This document shows positions 31,035-48,397 of a DNA stretch of 64,000 nt, in pieces. The notes below the pieces were generated by a model. The model was not told the origin of the DNA, ran no database searches, and saw only the letters and a list, made by a program, of their open reading frames with translations. Position 1 is the first letter of the stretch; every line of letters starts with the position of its first letter. The stretch is from Escherichia phage slur14. Both the position numbers and the translations under genes were made by a program. The DNA is taken from sequence record NC_028448.1; one strand, 5' to 3'.

Positions 31035-32614
31035 GTAATAATACATATCAACACGTTTCTAATGAATCTCGTTATGTAAAATTTGATCCAACTGGTACAA
31101 ATTTTCCGGAAGAGATTACTGATGTTCAAGCTGCTATAGCAGCCATTTCTCCTGCTGGCGTAAATGGAGTTCCTGATGCATCGTCAACAACAAAGGGAAT
31201 TTTATTTCTTGCCACTGAACAGGAAGTTATAGATGGAACTAATAATACCAAAGCAGTTACACCGGCAACGTTGGCAACAAGATTATCATATCCAAATGCT
31301 ACCGAAGAAGTTTATGGACTTACACGTTATTCAACAGACGATGAAGCTGTAGCTGGTGTTAATAATGAATCATCTATAACTCCGGCTAAATTTACTACAG
31401 CAATTAATCACATTTTTGATACACGAATTTCTTCTGAAAGTTCACTTGGCGTTATTAAGTTATCATCTCTACCGCAAGCATTAGCTGGTGCAGATGATAC
31501 TACTGCAATGACTCCATTAAAAACGCAGCAGTTAGCTATTAAATTAATTGCGCAAATTGCTCCTTCTGAAACCACAGCTACCGAATCGGACCAAGGTGTT
31601 GTTCAATTAGCAACAGTAGCGCAGGTTCGTCAGGGAACTTTAAGAGAAGGCTATGCAATTTCTCCTTATACGTTTATGAATTCATCTGCTACTGAAGAAT
31701 ATAAAGGCGTAATTAAATTAGGAACACAGTCAGAAGTTAACTCGAATAATGCTTCTGTTGCTGTTACTGGTGCAACTCTTAATGGTCGTGGTTCTACAAC
31801 GTCAATGAGAGGCGTAGTTAAATTAACTACAACTGCCGGCTCACAGAGTGGAGGTGATGCTTCATCAGCACTAGCTTGGAATGCTGACGTTATCCATCAA
31901 AGAGGCGGTCAAACTATTAATGGAACACTCCGCATTAATAACACGCTTACAATAGCTTCAGGTGGAGCAAATATTACCGGAACAGTTAACATGACCGGTG
32001 GTTATATTCAAGGTAAGCGTGTCGTAACACAAAATGAAATTGATAGAACTATTCCTGTCGGAGCTATTATGATGTGGGCCGCTGATAGTCTTCCTAGTGA
32101 TGCTTGGCGTTTTTGCCACGGTGGAACTGTTTCAGCATCAGATTGTCCATTATATGCTTCTAGAATTGGAACAAGATACGGCGGAAGTTCATCAAATCCT
32201 GGATTACCTGATATGCGTGGTCTTTTTGTTCGCGGCTCTGGTCGTGGCTCTCACTTAACAAATCCAAATGTTAATGGTAATGACCAGTTTGGTAAGCCTA
32301 GATTAGGTGTAGGTTGTACTGGTGGATATGTTGGTGAAGTACAGAAACAACAGATGTCTTATCATAAACATGCTGGCGGATTTGGTGAGCATGATGATTC
32401 TGGAGCATTCGGTAATACCCGTAGATCAAATTTTGTTGGTACACGTAAAGGACTTGACTGGGATAACCGTTCATACTTCACCAATGACGGATATGAAATT
32501 GACCCGGCATCACAACGAAATTCCAAATATACATTAAATCGTCCTGAATTAATTGGAAATGAAACACGTCCATGGAACATTTCTTTAAACTACATAATTA
32601 AGGTAAAAGAATGA
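31031..32614 (+). CDS. 12: gp12 short tail fibre
   Basis: 527 aa; length and order match T4 gp12. Confidence 0.85.
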   Translation: MSNNTYQHVSNESRYVKFDPTGTNFPEEITDVQAAIAAISPAGVNGVPDASSTTKGILFLATEQEVIDGTNNTKAVTPATLATRLSYPNATEEVYGLTRYSTDDEAVAGVNNESSITPAKFTTAINHIFDTRISSESSLGVIKLSSLPQALAGADDTTAMTPLKTQQLAIKLIAQIAPSETTATESDQGVVQLATVAQVRQGTLREGYAISPYTFMNSSATEEYKGVIKLGTQSEVNSNNASVAVTGATLNGRGSTTSMRGVVKLTTTAGSQSGGDASSALAWNADVIHQRGGQTINGTLRINNTLTIASGGANITGTVNMTGGYIQGKRVVTQNEIDRTIPVGAIMMWAADSLPSDAWRFCHGGTVSASDCPLYASRIGTRYGGSSSNPGLPDMRGLFVRGSGRGSHLTNPNVNGNDQFGKPRLGVGCTGGYVGEVQKQQMSYHKHAGGFGEHDDSGAFGNTRRSNFVGTRKGLDWDNRSYFTNDGYEIDPASQRNSKYTLNRPELIGNETRPWNISLNYIIKVKE

Positions 32615-34074
32615 CAGATATTGTACTGAATGACTTACCATTCGTTGACGGCCCTCCTGCAGAGGGCCAGAGCCGCATTTCCTGGATTAAAAACGGCGAA
32701 GAAATATTAGGAGCTGACACACAATATGGAAGTGAAGGTTCAATGAATAGACCTACAGTTTCTGTACTAAGAAATGTTGAAGTTCTTGATAAAAACATTG
32801 GAATACTTAAAACATCTTTAGAAACCGCAAATAGTGATATTAAAACCATCCAGGGCATCTTAGATGTATCTGGTGATATAGAAGCTTTAGCACAAATAAG
32901 TATCAATAAAAAGGATATTTCTGACCTCAAAACGCTAACCAGTGAACATACAGAAATATTAAATGGAACTAATAATACGGTTGACAGTATTCTTGCAGAT
33001 ATTGGTCCATTTAACTCCGAGGCCAACTCTGTATACAGAACGATCAGAAATGATTTACTGTGGATAAAGCGTGAACTTGGACAATACACAGGTCAAGATA
33101 TTAATGGTCTTCCTGTTGTAGGAAATCCTAGCACAGGAATGAAGCATCGCATCATTAATAATACTGATGTCATCACTTCACAGGGAATACGTTTAAGCGA
33201 ATTAGAAACAAAATTCATTGAATCTGATGTAGGTTCTTTAACTATTGAAGTTGGTAATCTTCGCGAAGAGCTTGGACCGAAACCACCGTCATTTTCACAA
33301 AACATCTACAGTCGTTTAAATGAAATTGACACTAAACAGACAACATTCGAATCTGACATTAGTGCTATTAAGACCTCAATAGGATATCCAGGAAATAATT
33401 CGATTATCACGAGTGTTAATACAAACACTGATAATATTGCATCTATTAATTTAGAGCTAAATCAAAGTGGAGGTATTAAACAGCGTTTAACAGTTATTGA
33501 AACTTCCATTGGTTCAGATGATATTCCTTCGAGTATTAAAGGACAAATTAAAGATAATACAACTTCAATCGAATCTCTGAATGGAATCGTCGGTGAAAAC
33601 ACTTCATCTGGTTTAAGAGCGAATGTTTCATGGTTAAACCAAATTGTTGGAACTGATTCTAGCGGTGGACAACCGTCTCCTCCTGGGTCTCTTTTAAACC
33701 GAGTTTCTACAATTGAAACTTCTGTTTCAGGCTTGAATAACGATGTTCAAAACCTACAGGTAGAAATTGGTAATAACAGCACAGGAATTAAAGGGCAAGT
33801 TGTAGCGTTAAATACTTTAGTAAATGGAACTAACCCAAACGGTTCAACTGTCGAAGAACGCGGATTAACCAATTCAATAAAAGCTAACGAAACCAACATT
33901 GCATCAGTTACACAAGAAGTGAATACAGCCAAAGGTAGTATATCTTCTCTGCAAGGTGATGTTCAAGCTCTACAAGAAGCAGGTTATATTCCTGAAGCTC
34001 CAAAAGATGGTCAAGCTTACGTTCGTAAAGACGGCGAATGGGTATTACTTTCTACCTTTTTATCACCAGCATAA
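32611..34074 (+). CDS. wac: fibritin (whisker antigen control)
   Basis: 487 aa; long coiled-coil heptad region; length matches T4 Wac. Confidence 0.85.
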   Translation: MTDIVLNDLPFVDGPPAEGQSRISWIKNGEEILGADTQYGSEGSMNRPTVSVLRNVEVLDKNIGILKTSLETANSDIKTIQGILDVSGDIEALAQISINKKDISDLKTLTSEHTEILNGTNNTVDSILADIGPFNSEANSVYRTIRNDLLWIKRELGQYTGQDINGLPVVGNPSTGMKHRIINNTDVITSQGIRLSELETKFIESDVGSLTIEVGNLREELGPKPPSFSQNIYSRLNEIDTKQTTFESDISAIKTSIGYPGNNSIITSVNTNTDNIASINLELNQSGGIKQRLTVIETSIGSDDIPSSIKGQIKDNTTSIESLNGIVGENTSSGLRANVSWLNQIVGTDSSGGQPSPPGSLLNRVSTIETSVSGLNNDVQNLQVEIGNNSTGIKGQVVALNTLVNGTNPNGSTVEERGLTNSIKANETNIASVTQEVNTAKGSISSLQGDVQALQEAGYIPEAPKDGQAYVRKDGEWVLLSTFLSPA

Positions 34075-34077
34075 CAT

Positions 34078-34105
34078 GGGGCCGCAAGGCCCCAAAGGAT
34101 TTTTA
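34078..34105 (+). terminator. hairpin after wac, possible terminator
   Basis: GGGGCC-GCAA-GGCCCC GNRA-loop hairpin; T tract (ATTTTT) begins 6 nt after the stem. Confidence 0.45.
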
Positions 34106-34106
34106 A

Positions 34107-35808
<1,702 letters not shown>

Positions 35809-35849
35809 TAAATATTATAAACTAATTAAAGCCCAGATTAGGAGAAATC

Positions 35850-38990
<3,141 letters not shown>

Positions 38991-39018
38991 TATTAAAGCA
39001 TATTAAAGAGGATTAAAA

Positions 39019-40998
39019 ATGACTTTATTATCTCCGGGCATTGAGCTCAAAGAAACTACGGTTCAAAGCACCGTGGTTAATAACTCTACTGGTACAGCAG
39101 CTTTGGCCGGTAAATTCCAGTGGGGTCCTGCTTTTCAAATTAAACAGGTTACAAATGAAGTAGATTTAGTTAATACTTTTGGTCAACCAACCGCTGAAAC
39201 TGCTGACTATTTTATGTCTGCGATGAATTTCTTGCAGTATGGAAATGACTTACGAGTTGTTCGTGCTGTTGATAGAGATACCGCTAAAAACTCATCGCCA
39301 ATTGCTGGTAATATTGAATACACAATTTCTACCCCAGGTAGTAACTATGCAGTTGGAGATAAAATCACGGTCAAATATGTTTCAGATGATATTGAAACTG
39401 AAGGTAAAATTACCGAAGTAGACGCAGATGGAAAAATTAAGAAAATTAATATTCCTACTGCAAAAATTATCGCTAAAGCGAAAGAAGTCGGTGAATATCC
39501 AGCACTAGGTTCTAACTGGACTGCAGAAATTTCTTCGTCTTCCTCTGGTTTAGCTGCAGTAATAACTCTTGGAAAAATTATTACTGATTCTGGTATTTTA
39601 TTAGCTGAAATTGAAAATGCTGAAGCTGCTATGACAGCGGTTGACTTTCAAACAAATCTTAAAAAATACGGAATTCCAGGAGTAGTAGCTCTTTATCCAG
39701 GCGAATTAGGCGATAAAATTGAAATTGAAATCGTATCTAAAGCTGACTACGCAAAAGGAGCTTCTGCATTACTCCCAATTTATCCAGGTGGTGGTACTCG
39801 TGCATCTACTGCTAAAGCAGTGTTTGGATATGGACCACAAACTGATTCACAGTATGCTATTATAGTTCGTCGTAATGATGCTATTGTTCAAAGCGTTGTT
39901 CTTTCAACGAAGCGTGGTGAAAAAGATATTTACGATAGTAACATCTATATTGATGACTTTTTCGCAAAAGGTGGTTCAGAATATATTTTCGCAACTGCAC
40001 AAAACTGGCCAGAAGGCTTCTCTGGAATTTTAACTCTGTCTGGTGGTTTATCATCAAATGCTGAAGTAACAGCAGGAGATTTGATGGAAGCTTGGGACTT
40101 CTTTGCTGACCGCGAATCTGTTGATGTTCAGTTGTTTATTGCGGGTTCTTGTGCCGGTGAATCTTTAGAAACAGCATCTACTGTCCAAAAACACGTCGTT
40201 TCAATTGGGGATGCTCGCCAGGATTGCTTAGTACTGTGCTCACCACCGCGTGAAACTGTAGTTGGAATTCCTGTAACTCGTGCAGTAGATAATTTAGTTA
40301 ACTGGAGAACTGCGGCAGGTTCATACACTGATAATAACTTTAATATCAGTTCAACCTACGCAGCAATTGATGGTAACTACAAGTATCAGTATGACAAATA
40401 TAATGATGTGAATCGTTGGGTTCCATTAGCAGCTGATATTGCTGGTTTATGCGCAAGAACCGATAACGTATCTCAGACTTGGATGTCTCCAGCTGGTTAT
40501 AATCGTGGCCAGATTCTTAACGTTATTAAACTGGCTATTGAAACTCGCCAGGCTCAGCGCGACCGTTTATACCAAGAAGCTATCAACCCGGTAACTGGTA
40601 CAGGTGGTGATGGTTACGTATTGTATGGTGATAAAACAGCTACTTCTGTTCCTTCTCCATTTGATCGTATTAACGTTCGTCGTCTGTTTAATATGTTGAA
40701 AACGAACATCGGACGTAGTTCAAAATATCGTTTGTTCGAATTAAACAACGCGTTTACTCGTTCATCATTCCGCACAGAAACTGCCCAGTACTTACAGGGA
40801 ATTAAAGCTCTCGGTGGAATTTATGAATATCGTGTAGTTTGCGATACAACAAATAACACTCCGTCAGTAATTGATAGAAATGAGTTTGTTGCAACATTCT
40901 ACATCCAACCGGCTAGAAGCATTAACTACATTACCTTAAACTTCGTAGCAACTGCTACTGGTGCAGATTTCGATGAGTTAACTGGTCTTGCAGGTTAA
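39019..40998 (+). CDS. 18: gp18 contractile tail sheath protein
   Basis: 659 aa; length and order match T4 gp18. Confidence 0.9.
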   Translation: MTLLSPGIELKETTVQSTVVNNSTGTAALAGKFQWGPAFQIKQVTNEVDLVNTFGQPTAETADYFMSAMNFLQYGNDLRVVRAVDRDTAKNSSPIAGNIEYTISTPGSNYAVGDKITVKYVSDDIETEGKITEVDADGKIKKINIPTAKIIAKAKEVGEYPALGSNWTAEISSSSSGLAAVITLGKIITDSGILLAEIENAEAAMTAVDFQTNLKKYGIPGVVALYPGELGDKIEIEIVSKADYAKGASALLPIYPGGGTRASTAKAVFGYGPQTDSQYAIIVRRNDAIVQSVVLSTKRGEKDIYDSNIYIDDFFAKGGSEYIFATAQNWPEGFSGILTLSGGLSSNAEVTAGDLMEAWDFFADRESVDVQLFIAGSCAGESLETASTVQKHVVSIGDARQDCLVLCSPPRETVVGIPVTRAVDNLVNWRTAAGSYTDNNFNISSTYAAIDGNYKYQYDKYNDVNRWVPLAADIAGLCARTDNVSQTWMSPAGYNRGQILNVIKLAIETRQAQRDRLYQEAINPVTGTGGDGYVLYGDKTATSVPSPFDRINVRRLFNMLKTNIGRSSKYRLFELNNAFTRSSFRTETAQYLQGIKALGGIYEYRVVCDTTNNTPSVIDRNEFVATFYIQPARSINYITLNFVATATGADFDELTGLAG

Positions 40999-41033
40999 TA
41001 CGGTGCATTCTAAAGGCCTGTTTCGGCAGGCCA

Positions 41034-41041
41034 TATAAATA
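41034..41041 (+). promoter_or_regulatory. late promoter TATAAATA (distal) for gene 19
   Basis: Exact TATAAATA directly after a GGCCTG-N6-CAGGCC hairpin. Confidence 0.55.
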
Positions 41042-41092
41042 CACTATATCCTTAATTCTTTAATTCTATATGCCCTAGGTTAAACATAGGGA

Positions 41093-41100
41093 TATAAATA
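41093..41100 (+). promoter_or_regulatory. late promoter TATAAATA (proximal) for gene 19
   Basis: Exact TATAAATA 15 nt upstream of ATG 41115. Confidence 0.6.
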
Positions 41101-41114
41101 CTACAGAGGCTAAT

Positions 41115-41606
41115 ATGTTTGTAGATGATGTAACACGCGCGTTTGAATCGGGTGATTTTGCGCGACCTAACTTATTCCAAGTAGAAATTTCTTATCTTGG
41201 ACAAAATTTTACGTTTCAATGTAAAGCCACTGCTTTACCAGCTGGTATTGTAGAAAAAATTCCAGTCGGATTTATGAACCGTAAAATTAACGTAGCAGGC
41301 GATCGTACATTCGATGACTGGACTGTTACAGTAATGAACGATGAAGCTCATGATGCTCGCCAGAAGTTCGTTGATTGGCAAAGCATTGCTGCGGGACAAG
41401 GAAACGAAATTACTGGTGGAAAACCTGCAGAGTATAAAAAGAGCGCTATCGTTCGTCAATATGCTCGTGACGCTAAAACAGTAACAAAAGAAATTGAAAT
41501 TAAAGGTCTGTGGCCTACTAACGTGGGTGAACTTCAATTAGATTGGGATTCAAACAATGAAATCCAAACCTTTGAAGTAACTCTTGCTCTCGATTATTGG
41601 GAATAA
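41115..41606 (+). CDS. 19: gp19 tail tube protein
   Basis: 163 aa; length and order match T4 gp19. Confidence 0.9.
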   Translation: MFVDDVTRAFESGDFARPNLFQVEISYLGQNFTFQCKATALPAGIVEKIPVGFMNRKINVAGDRTFDDWTVTVMNDEAHDARQKFVDWQSIAAGQGNEITGGKPAEYKKSAIVRQYARDAKTVTKEIEIKGLWPTNVGELQLDWDSNNEIQTFEVTLALDYWE

Positions 41607-41638
41607 AATGAATGGGGAGAAATCCCCATCCTGCTTAA

Positions 41639-43263
<1,625 letters not shown>

Positions 43264-43264
<1 letters not shown>

Positions 43265-43512
43265 TGGAAGGTTTAATTGAAGCTATTAAATCAAACGACC
43301 TCGTAGCCGCTCGTAAATTATTTGCTGAAGCCATGGCTGCAAGAACGATTGATTTAATTAAAGAAGAAAAAATTGCTATCGCTCGTAATTTCTTAATTGA
43401 AGGTGAAGAACCTGATGACGAGGATGATGACGAAGACGAAGATAGTGATGATAAAGACGACAAAAAAGACAAAGACTCTGATGAAGATGACGAAGACGAG
43501 GATGATGAATAA
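43264..43512 (+). CDS. 67: gp67 prohead core protein with acidic C-terminal tail
   Basis: 82 aa ending in a D/E-rich tract; position after portal as T4 gene 67. Confidence 0.8.
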
Positions 43513-43937
43513 TGCTTCTGATCCCTGAAACTCATGAATTAGTTCTCGAGAATGTCGAAGCACTTATTCCTGAAGCACAGGGTCGCTTCGACGAATTGTC
43601 TTCTGCTTTAAATAAAGACGATATAAATACAATTGTCGAGAATATGCTTGATGATGAAACTGATTTAGCGGTTGCATTAGCTTCTATTAATGAAAATATG
43701 CCGTTAAATGAATTTATCGTTAAACATGTTTCCGCCCGTGGTGAAATTACTCGCACTAAAGACCGCAAAACGCGTGAACGTAATGCATTTCAAACCACTG
43801 GGCTGTCTAAAGCAAAACGTAGACAAATTGCTCGTAAAGCTACCAAAACGAAGATTGCCAATCCAGCAGGTCAATCTCTTGCTCAGCGTAAGCGTAAAAA
43901 AGCTCTTAAACGCCGTAAAGCATTAGGATTAAGCTAA
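43512..43937 (+). CDS. 68: gp68 prohead core protein
   Basis: 141 aa; length and order match T4 gp68. Confidence 0.8.
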   Translation: MLLIPETHELVLENVEALIPEAQGRFDELSSALNKDDINTIVENMLDDETDLAVALASINENMPLNEFIVKHVSARGEITRTKDRKTRERNAFQTTGLSKAKRRQIARKATKTKIANPAGQSLAQRKRKKALKRRKALGLS

Positions 43938-44575
43938 TGAATGAACCCCAATTACTAATTGAAACTTGGGGTCAACCTGGCGAAATTATTGATGGCGTGC
44001 CAATGCTTGAATCTCATGATGGAAAAGACCTAGGTTTAAAACCTGGTTTATACATCGAAGGAATATTCATGCAAGCGGAAGTCGTCAATAGAAATAAACG
44101 TCTTTATCCAAAACGCATATTAGAAAAAGCGGTAAAAGACTATATCAATGAGCAAGTTTTAACTAAACAAGCTCTCGGAGAATTAAATCATCCTCCACGC
44201 GCTAATGTTGACCCGATGCAAGCCGCTATCATTATAGAAGATATGTGGTGGAAAGGAAATGACGTATACGGACGAGCTCGTGTTATTGAAGGTGACCATG
44301 GTCCTGGAGATAAATTAGCAGCTAATATTCGTGCCGGATGGATTCCAGGAGTTTCTTCTCGTGGATTAGGTTCATTGACTGACACAAATAAAGGTTATCG
44401 TATCGTAAACGAAGGATTCAAATTAACTGTAGGTGTTGATGCAGTATGGGGTCCAAGTGCTCCAGATGCATGGGTAACTCCTAAGGAAATTACCGAATCA
44501 CAGACGGCGGAAGCCGATACAAGTGCCGATGACGCCTATATGGCTCTCGCAGAGGCCATGAAAAAAGCGTTATAA
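43937..44575 (+). CDS. 21: gp21 prohead core protease
   Basis: 212 aa; length and order match T4 gp21. Confidence 0.85.
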   Translation: MNEPQLLIETWGQPGEIIDGVPMLESHDGKDLGLKPGLYIEGIFMQAEVVNRNKRLYPKRILEKAVKDYINEQVLTKQALGELNHPPRANVDPMQAAIIIEDMWWKGNDVYGRARVIEGDHGPGDKLAANIRAGWIPGVSSRGLGSLTDTNKGYRIVNEGFKLTVGVDAVWGPSAPDAWVTPKEITESQTAEADTSADDAYMALAEAMKKAL

Positions 44576-44578
44576 ATA
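44571..44578 (+). promoter_or_regulatory. late promoter TATAAATA for gene 22
   Basis: Exact TATAAATA overlapping the gene 21 stop, 28 nt upstream of ATG 44606. Confidence 0.6.
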
Positions 44579-44605
44579 TTATTATCTAAACAACAGGACT
44601 ACAAA

Positions 44606-45415
44606 ATGCTTAAAGAACAACTGATTGCCGAAGCGCAGAAAATTGATGCTTCCGTTGCTCTTGATAGTATTTTCGAATCAGTTAATATTTCTCCGGAAGC
44701 AAAAGAAACTTTCGGCACTGTATTCGAAGCTACCGTCAAGCAGCACGCCGTTAAATTAGCTGAATCTCATATCGCTAAAATTGCTGAAAAAGCAGAAGAA
44801 GAAGTAGAAAAAAATAAAGAAGAAGCCGAAGAAAAAGCTGAGAAGAAAATCGCTGAGCAAGCTTCTAAATTCATTGACCATCTTGCGAAAGAATGGCTCG
44901 CTGAAAATAAATTAGCAGTTGATAAAGGCATCAAAGCCGAACTGTTTGAATCCATGCTTGGTGGATTAAAAGAGCTCTTTGTTGAACACAACGTTGTTGT
45001 TCCAGAAGAATCAGTTGATGTTGTAGCTGAAATGGAAGAAGAGCTGCAAGAACATAAAGAAGAATCAGCTCGTCTGTTCGAAGAACTCAATAAGCGTGAC
45101 GCATATATCAATTATGTGCAGCGTGAAGTGGCATTGAGCGAAAGTACTAAAGATCTGACTGAGTCTCAAAAAGAAAAAGTCTCTGCTCTGGTCGAAGGTA
45201 TGGATTATTCAGATGCATTCTCAAGTAAATTGAGTGCAATCGTAGAAATGGTGAAGAAATCTAATAAAGATGAAAGCACTATTACTGAGAGTATAAATAC
45301 TCCTGATACTGAAGCAGCCGGACTGAATTTCGTCACTGAAGCTGTAGAAGATAAAGCTGCACAGGGTGCAGAAGATATTGTAAGTGTATATGCGAAAGTC
45401 GCATCTCGTTTCTAA
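44606..45415 (+). CDS. 22: gp22 prohead core scaffold protein
   Basis: 269 aa, highly helical and E/K-rich; length matches T4 gp22. Confidence 0.85.
   Translation: MLKEQLIAEAQKIDASVALDSIFESVNISPEAKETFGTVFEATVKQHAVKLAESHIAKIAEKAEEEVEKNKEEAEEKAEKKIAEQASKFIDHLAKEWLAENKLAVDKGIKAELFESMLGGLKELFVEHNVVVPEESVDVVAEMEEELQEHKEESARLFEELNKRDAYINYVQREVALSESTKDLTESQKEKVSALVEGMDYSDAFSSKLSAIVEMVKKSNKDESTITESINTPDTEAAGLNFVTEAVEDKAAQGAEDIVSVYAKVASRF
45292..45299 (+). promoter_or_regulatory. candidate late promoter TATAAATA inside gene 22, upstream of gene 23
   Basis: Exact TATAAATA about 135 nt upstream of ATG 45434. Confidence 0.4.
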
Positions 45416-45433
45416 TTTTAAAGGTTAACACAA

Positions 45434-46999
45434 ATGACTATCAAAACTAAAGCTGAACTTTTGAACAAATGGAAGCCATTACTGGAAGGTGAAGGTTTAC
45501 CGGAAATTGCTAATAGCAAACAAGCGATTATCGCTAAAATCTTTGAAAACCAGGAAAAAGATTTCCAGACAGCTCCGGAATATAAAGACGAAAAAATTGC
45601 TCAGGCATTTGGTTCTTTCTTAACAGAAGCTGAAATCGGCGGTGACCATGGTTACAATGCTACTAACATCGCTGCAGGTCAGACTTCTGGCGCAGTAACT
45701 CAGATTGGCCCAGCTGTTATGGGTATGGTACGTCGTGCTATTCCTAACCTGATTGCTTTCGATATTTGTGGTGTTCAGCCGATGAACAGCCCGACTGGCC
45801 AGGTATTCGCACTGCGCGCAGTATATGGTAAAGACCCGGTCGCTTCCGGTGCTAAAGAAGCATTCCACCCAATGTATGGTCCAGATGCAATGTTCTCTGG
45901 TCAGGGTGCTGCTAAGAAATTCGCTGCTTTGAAAGCAAGTGATACTCTTGAAGTTGGAACTATTTACACCCACTTCTTCCAGGACACTGGTACTGTATAT
46001 CTGCAAGCTACAGAAGTTAAGCAAATTGATACTAGTGCATCTGACGCAGCTAAATTAGATGCTGAAATTAAGAAACAAATGGAAGCTGGTGTACTGGTAG
46101 AAATCGCTGAAGGTATGGCTACTTCTATCGCTGAACTCCAGGAAGGTTTCAATGGTTCTACCGATAACCCATGGAATGAAATGGGCTTCCGTATCGATAA
46201 GCAAGTTATCGAAGCTAAATCTCGCCAGCTGAAAGCTGCTTACTCTATCGAATTAGCACAAGACCTCCGCGCTGTTCACGGTATGGATGCTGATGCTGAA
46301 CTGTCTGGTATTCTGGCTACAGAAATTATGCTGGAAATCAACCGTGAAGTTGTTGATTGGATTAACTACTCAGCTCAGGTTGGTAAATCTGGTATGACCC
46401 TGACTCCGGGTTCTAAAGCTGGTGTATTTGACTTCCAGGATCCGATTGATATTCGTGGTGCTCGCTGGGCGGGTGAATCCTTTAAAGCTCTGTTGTTCCA
46501 GATTGACAAAGAAGCAGTTGAAATTGCTCGTCAGACCGGTCGTGGTGAAGGTAACTTCATTATCGCTTCCCGTAACGTAGTTAACGTTCTGGCTTCAGTT
46601 GATACCGGCATTTCTTATGCTGCACAAGGTCTGGCTACCGGCTTTAACACTGATACTACCAAGTCAGTATTTGCTGGTGTTCTGGGTGGTAAATACCGCG
46701 TATATATTGACCAGTATGCTAAACAAGATTATTTCACTGTAGGTTATAAAGGTCCGAACGAAATGGATGCTGGTATTTACTATGCTCCATATGTAGCTCT
46801 GACTCCGCTGCGTGGTTCCGATCCGAAGAACTTCCAACCGGTAATGGGATTCAAAACTCGTTACGGTATCGGTATCAACCCATTTGCAGAATCCGCTGCT
46901 CAGGCTCCGGCTTCTCGCATCCAGAGCGGTATGCCTTCTATTCTGAATAGCCTTGGTAAAAACGCTTACTTCCGCCGTGTATATGTTAAAGGTATCTAA
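45434..46999 (+). CDS. 23: gp23 major capsid protein
   Basis: 521 aa; length and order match T4 gp23; high-expression codon usage; strong terminator downstream. Confidence 0.93.
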   Translation: MTIKTKAELLNKWKPLLEGEGLPEIANSKQAIIAKIFENQEKDFQTAPEYKDEKIAQAFGSFLTEAEIGGDHGYNATNIAAGQTSGAVTQIGPAVMGMVRRAIPNLIAFDICGVQPMNSPTGQVFALRAVYGKDPVASGAKEAFHPMYGPDAMFSGQGAAKKFAALKASDTLEVGTIYTHFFQDTGTVYLQATEVKQIDTSASDAAKLDAEIKKQMEAGVLVEIAEGMATSIAELQEGFNGSTDNPWNEMGFRIDKQVIEAKSRQLKAAYSIELAQDLRAVHGMDADAELSGILATEIMLEINREVVDWINYSAQVGKSGMTLTPGSKAGVFDFQDPIDIRGARWAGESFKALLFQIDKEAVEIARQTGRGEGNFIIASRNVVNVLASVDTGISYAAQGLATGFNTDTTKSVFAGVLGGKYRVYIDQYAKQDYFTVGYKGPNEMDAGIYYAPYVALTPLRGSDPKNFQPVMGFKTRYGIGINPFAESAAQAPASRIQSGMPSILNSLGKNAYFRRVYVKGI

Positions 47000-47013
47000 T
47001 CTTTGACGATTTA

Positions 47014-47043
47014 AGGGACCTTCGGGTCCCTTTAGTTGTTTTT
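47014..47043 (+). terminator. rho-independent terminator after gene 23
   Basis: GGGACC-TTCG-GGTCCC hairpin followed by TTTAGTTGTTTTT. Confidence 0.75.
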
Positions 47044-47047
47044 ATGG

Positions 47048-47055
47048 TATAAATA
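47048..47055 (+). promoter_or_regulatory. late promoter TATAAATA for gene 24
   Basis: Exact TATAAATA 28 nt upstream of ATG 47083. Confidence 0.65.
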
Positions 47056-47082
47056 AATCATATAAACCAAAAGGAAAGCGCA

Positions 47083-48366
47083 ATGGCTAAAATCAACGAA
47101 CTTCTGCGCGAATCAACCACAACGAATAGCAACTCAATCGGTCGCCCAAATCTCGTTGCTTTGACTCGCGCTACCACTAAATTAATATATTCTGACATTG
47201 TAGCAACGCAAAGAACTAATCAACCTGTTGCTGCTTTTTATGGTATCAAATACCTTAACCCAGACAATGAATTTACATTTAAAACTGGTGCTACTTATGC
47301 TGGCGAAGCTGGATATGTAGACCGAGAACAAATCACAGAATTAACAGAAGAGTCTAAATTAACTCTCAATAAAGGCGATTTATTCAAATATAATAATATC
47401 GTTTATAAAGTATTAGAAGATACACCATTTGCTGATATTGAAGAAAGCGACTTAGAGTTAGCTCTTCAGATTGCAATTGTTCTTTTAAAGGTTCGTCTAT
47501 TTTCTGATGCAGCGTCAACAAGCAAATTTGAAAGCTCTGATAGTGAAATTGCGGATGCTAGATTCCAGATTAATAAATGGCAAACCGCAGTTAAATCTCG
47601 TAAACTTAAAACTGGCATCACAGTTGAATTAGCACAAGATTTAGAAGCAAATGGATTCGATGCTCCTAATTTCTTGGAAGATTTGCTTGCAACTGAAATG
47701 GCAGATGAAATCAATAAAGACATTCTGCAGTCTTTGATTACAGTGTCAAAACGCTATAAAGTTACAGGAATTACTGATACTGGATTCATCGATTTGAGTT
47801 ATGCATCTGCTCCTGAAGCTGGTCGTTCATTATACCGAATGGTATGTGAAATGGTTTCGCATATCCAAAAAGAATCAACTTATACGGCAACGTTCTGTGT
47901 TGCTTCAGCTCGTGCCGCTGCGATTCTTGCTGCATCAGGTTGGTTAAAACATAAACCAGAAGATGACAAATATCTTTCACAAAATGCCTACGGGTTCTTA
48001 GCTAATGGTTTACCGCTTTATTGCGATACTAACAGCCCATTAGATTATGTAATCGTTGGCGTAGTAGAAAATATCGGTGAAAAAGAAATTGTTGGATCAA
48101 TTTTCTATGCTCCGTATACAGAAGGTCTTGACTTAGATGACCCTGAACATGTAGGTGCATTTAAAGTTGTAGTTGACCCAGAAAGTTTGCAGCCATCTAT
48201 CGGTTTATTAGTTAGATATGCTTTATCAGCAAATCCTTACACCGTAGCAAAAGATGAAAAAGAAGCAAGAGTAATTGATGGTGGAGACATGGATAAAATG
48301 GCGGGTCGTTCAGATTTGTCTGTTTTATTAGGTGTTAAGCTACCAAAAATTATCATTGATGAATAA
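47083..48366 (+). CDS. 24: gp24 capsid vertex protein
   Basis: 427 aa; length and order match T4 gp24. Confidence 0.9.
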   Translation: MAKINELLRESTTTNSNSIGRPNLVALTRATTKLIYSDIVATQRTNQPVAAFYGIKYLNPDNEFTFKTGATYAGEAGYVDREQITELTEESKLTLNKGDLFKYNNIVYKVLEDTPFADIEESDLELALQIAIVLLKVRLFSDAASTSKFESSDSEIADARFQINKWQTAVKSRKLKTGITVELAQDLEANGFDAPNFLEDLLATEMADEINKDILQSLITVSKRYKVTGITDTGFIDLSYASAPEAGRSLYRMVCEMVSHIQKESTYTATFCVASARAAAILAASGWLKHKPEDDKYLSQNAYGFLANGLPLYCDTNSPLDYVIVGVVENIGEKEIVGSIFYAPYTEGLDLDDPEHVGAFKVVVDPESLQPSIGLLVRYALSANPYTVAKDEKEARVIDGGDMDKMAGRSDLSVLLGVKLPKIIIDE

Positions 48367-48371
48367 AACAA

Positions 48372-48397
48372 AGGGACCTTTCGGTCCCTTTTTATTT
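48372..48397 (+). terminator. bidirectional rho-independent terminator between gene 24 and rnlB
   Basis: GGGACC-TTTC-GGTCCC followed by TTTTTATTT on plus; T-rich on minus as well; overlaps the rnlB stop. Confidence 0.75.

Noticed and set aside
43380-43512. Simple-sequence GAT/GAC/GAA-rich tract considered as a possible non-coding repeat
   Set aside because: It is in frame within gene 67 and encodes its acidic C-terminal tail; not a CRISPR or satellite repeat
44767-46152. Minus-strand ORFs 44767..45111, 45620..46024, 45964..46152
   Set aside because: Located inside genes 22 and 23 on the opposite strand; Ser/Cys-rich low-complexity translations
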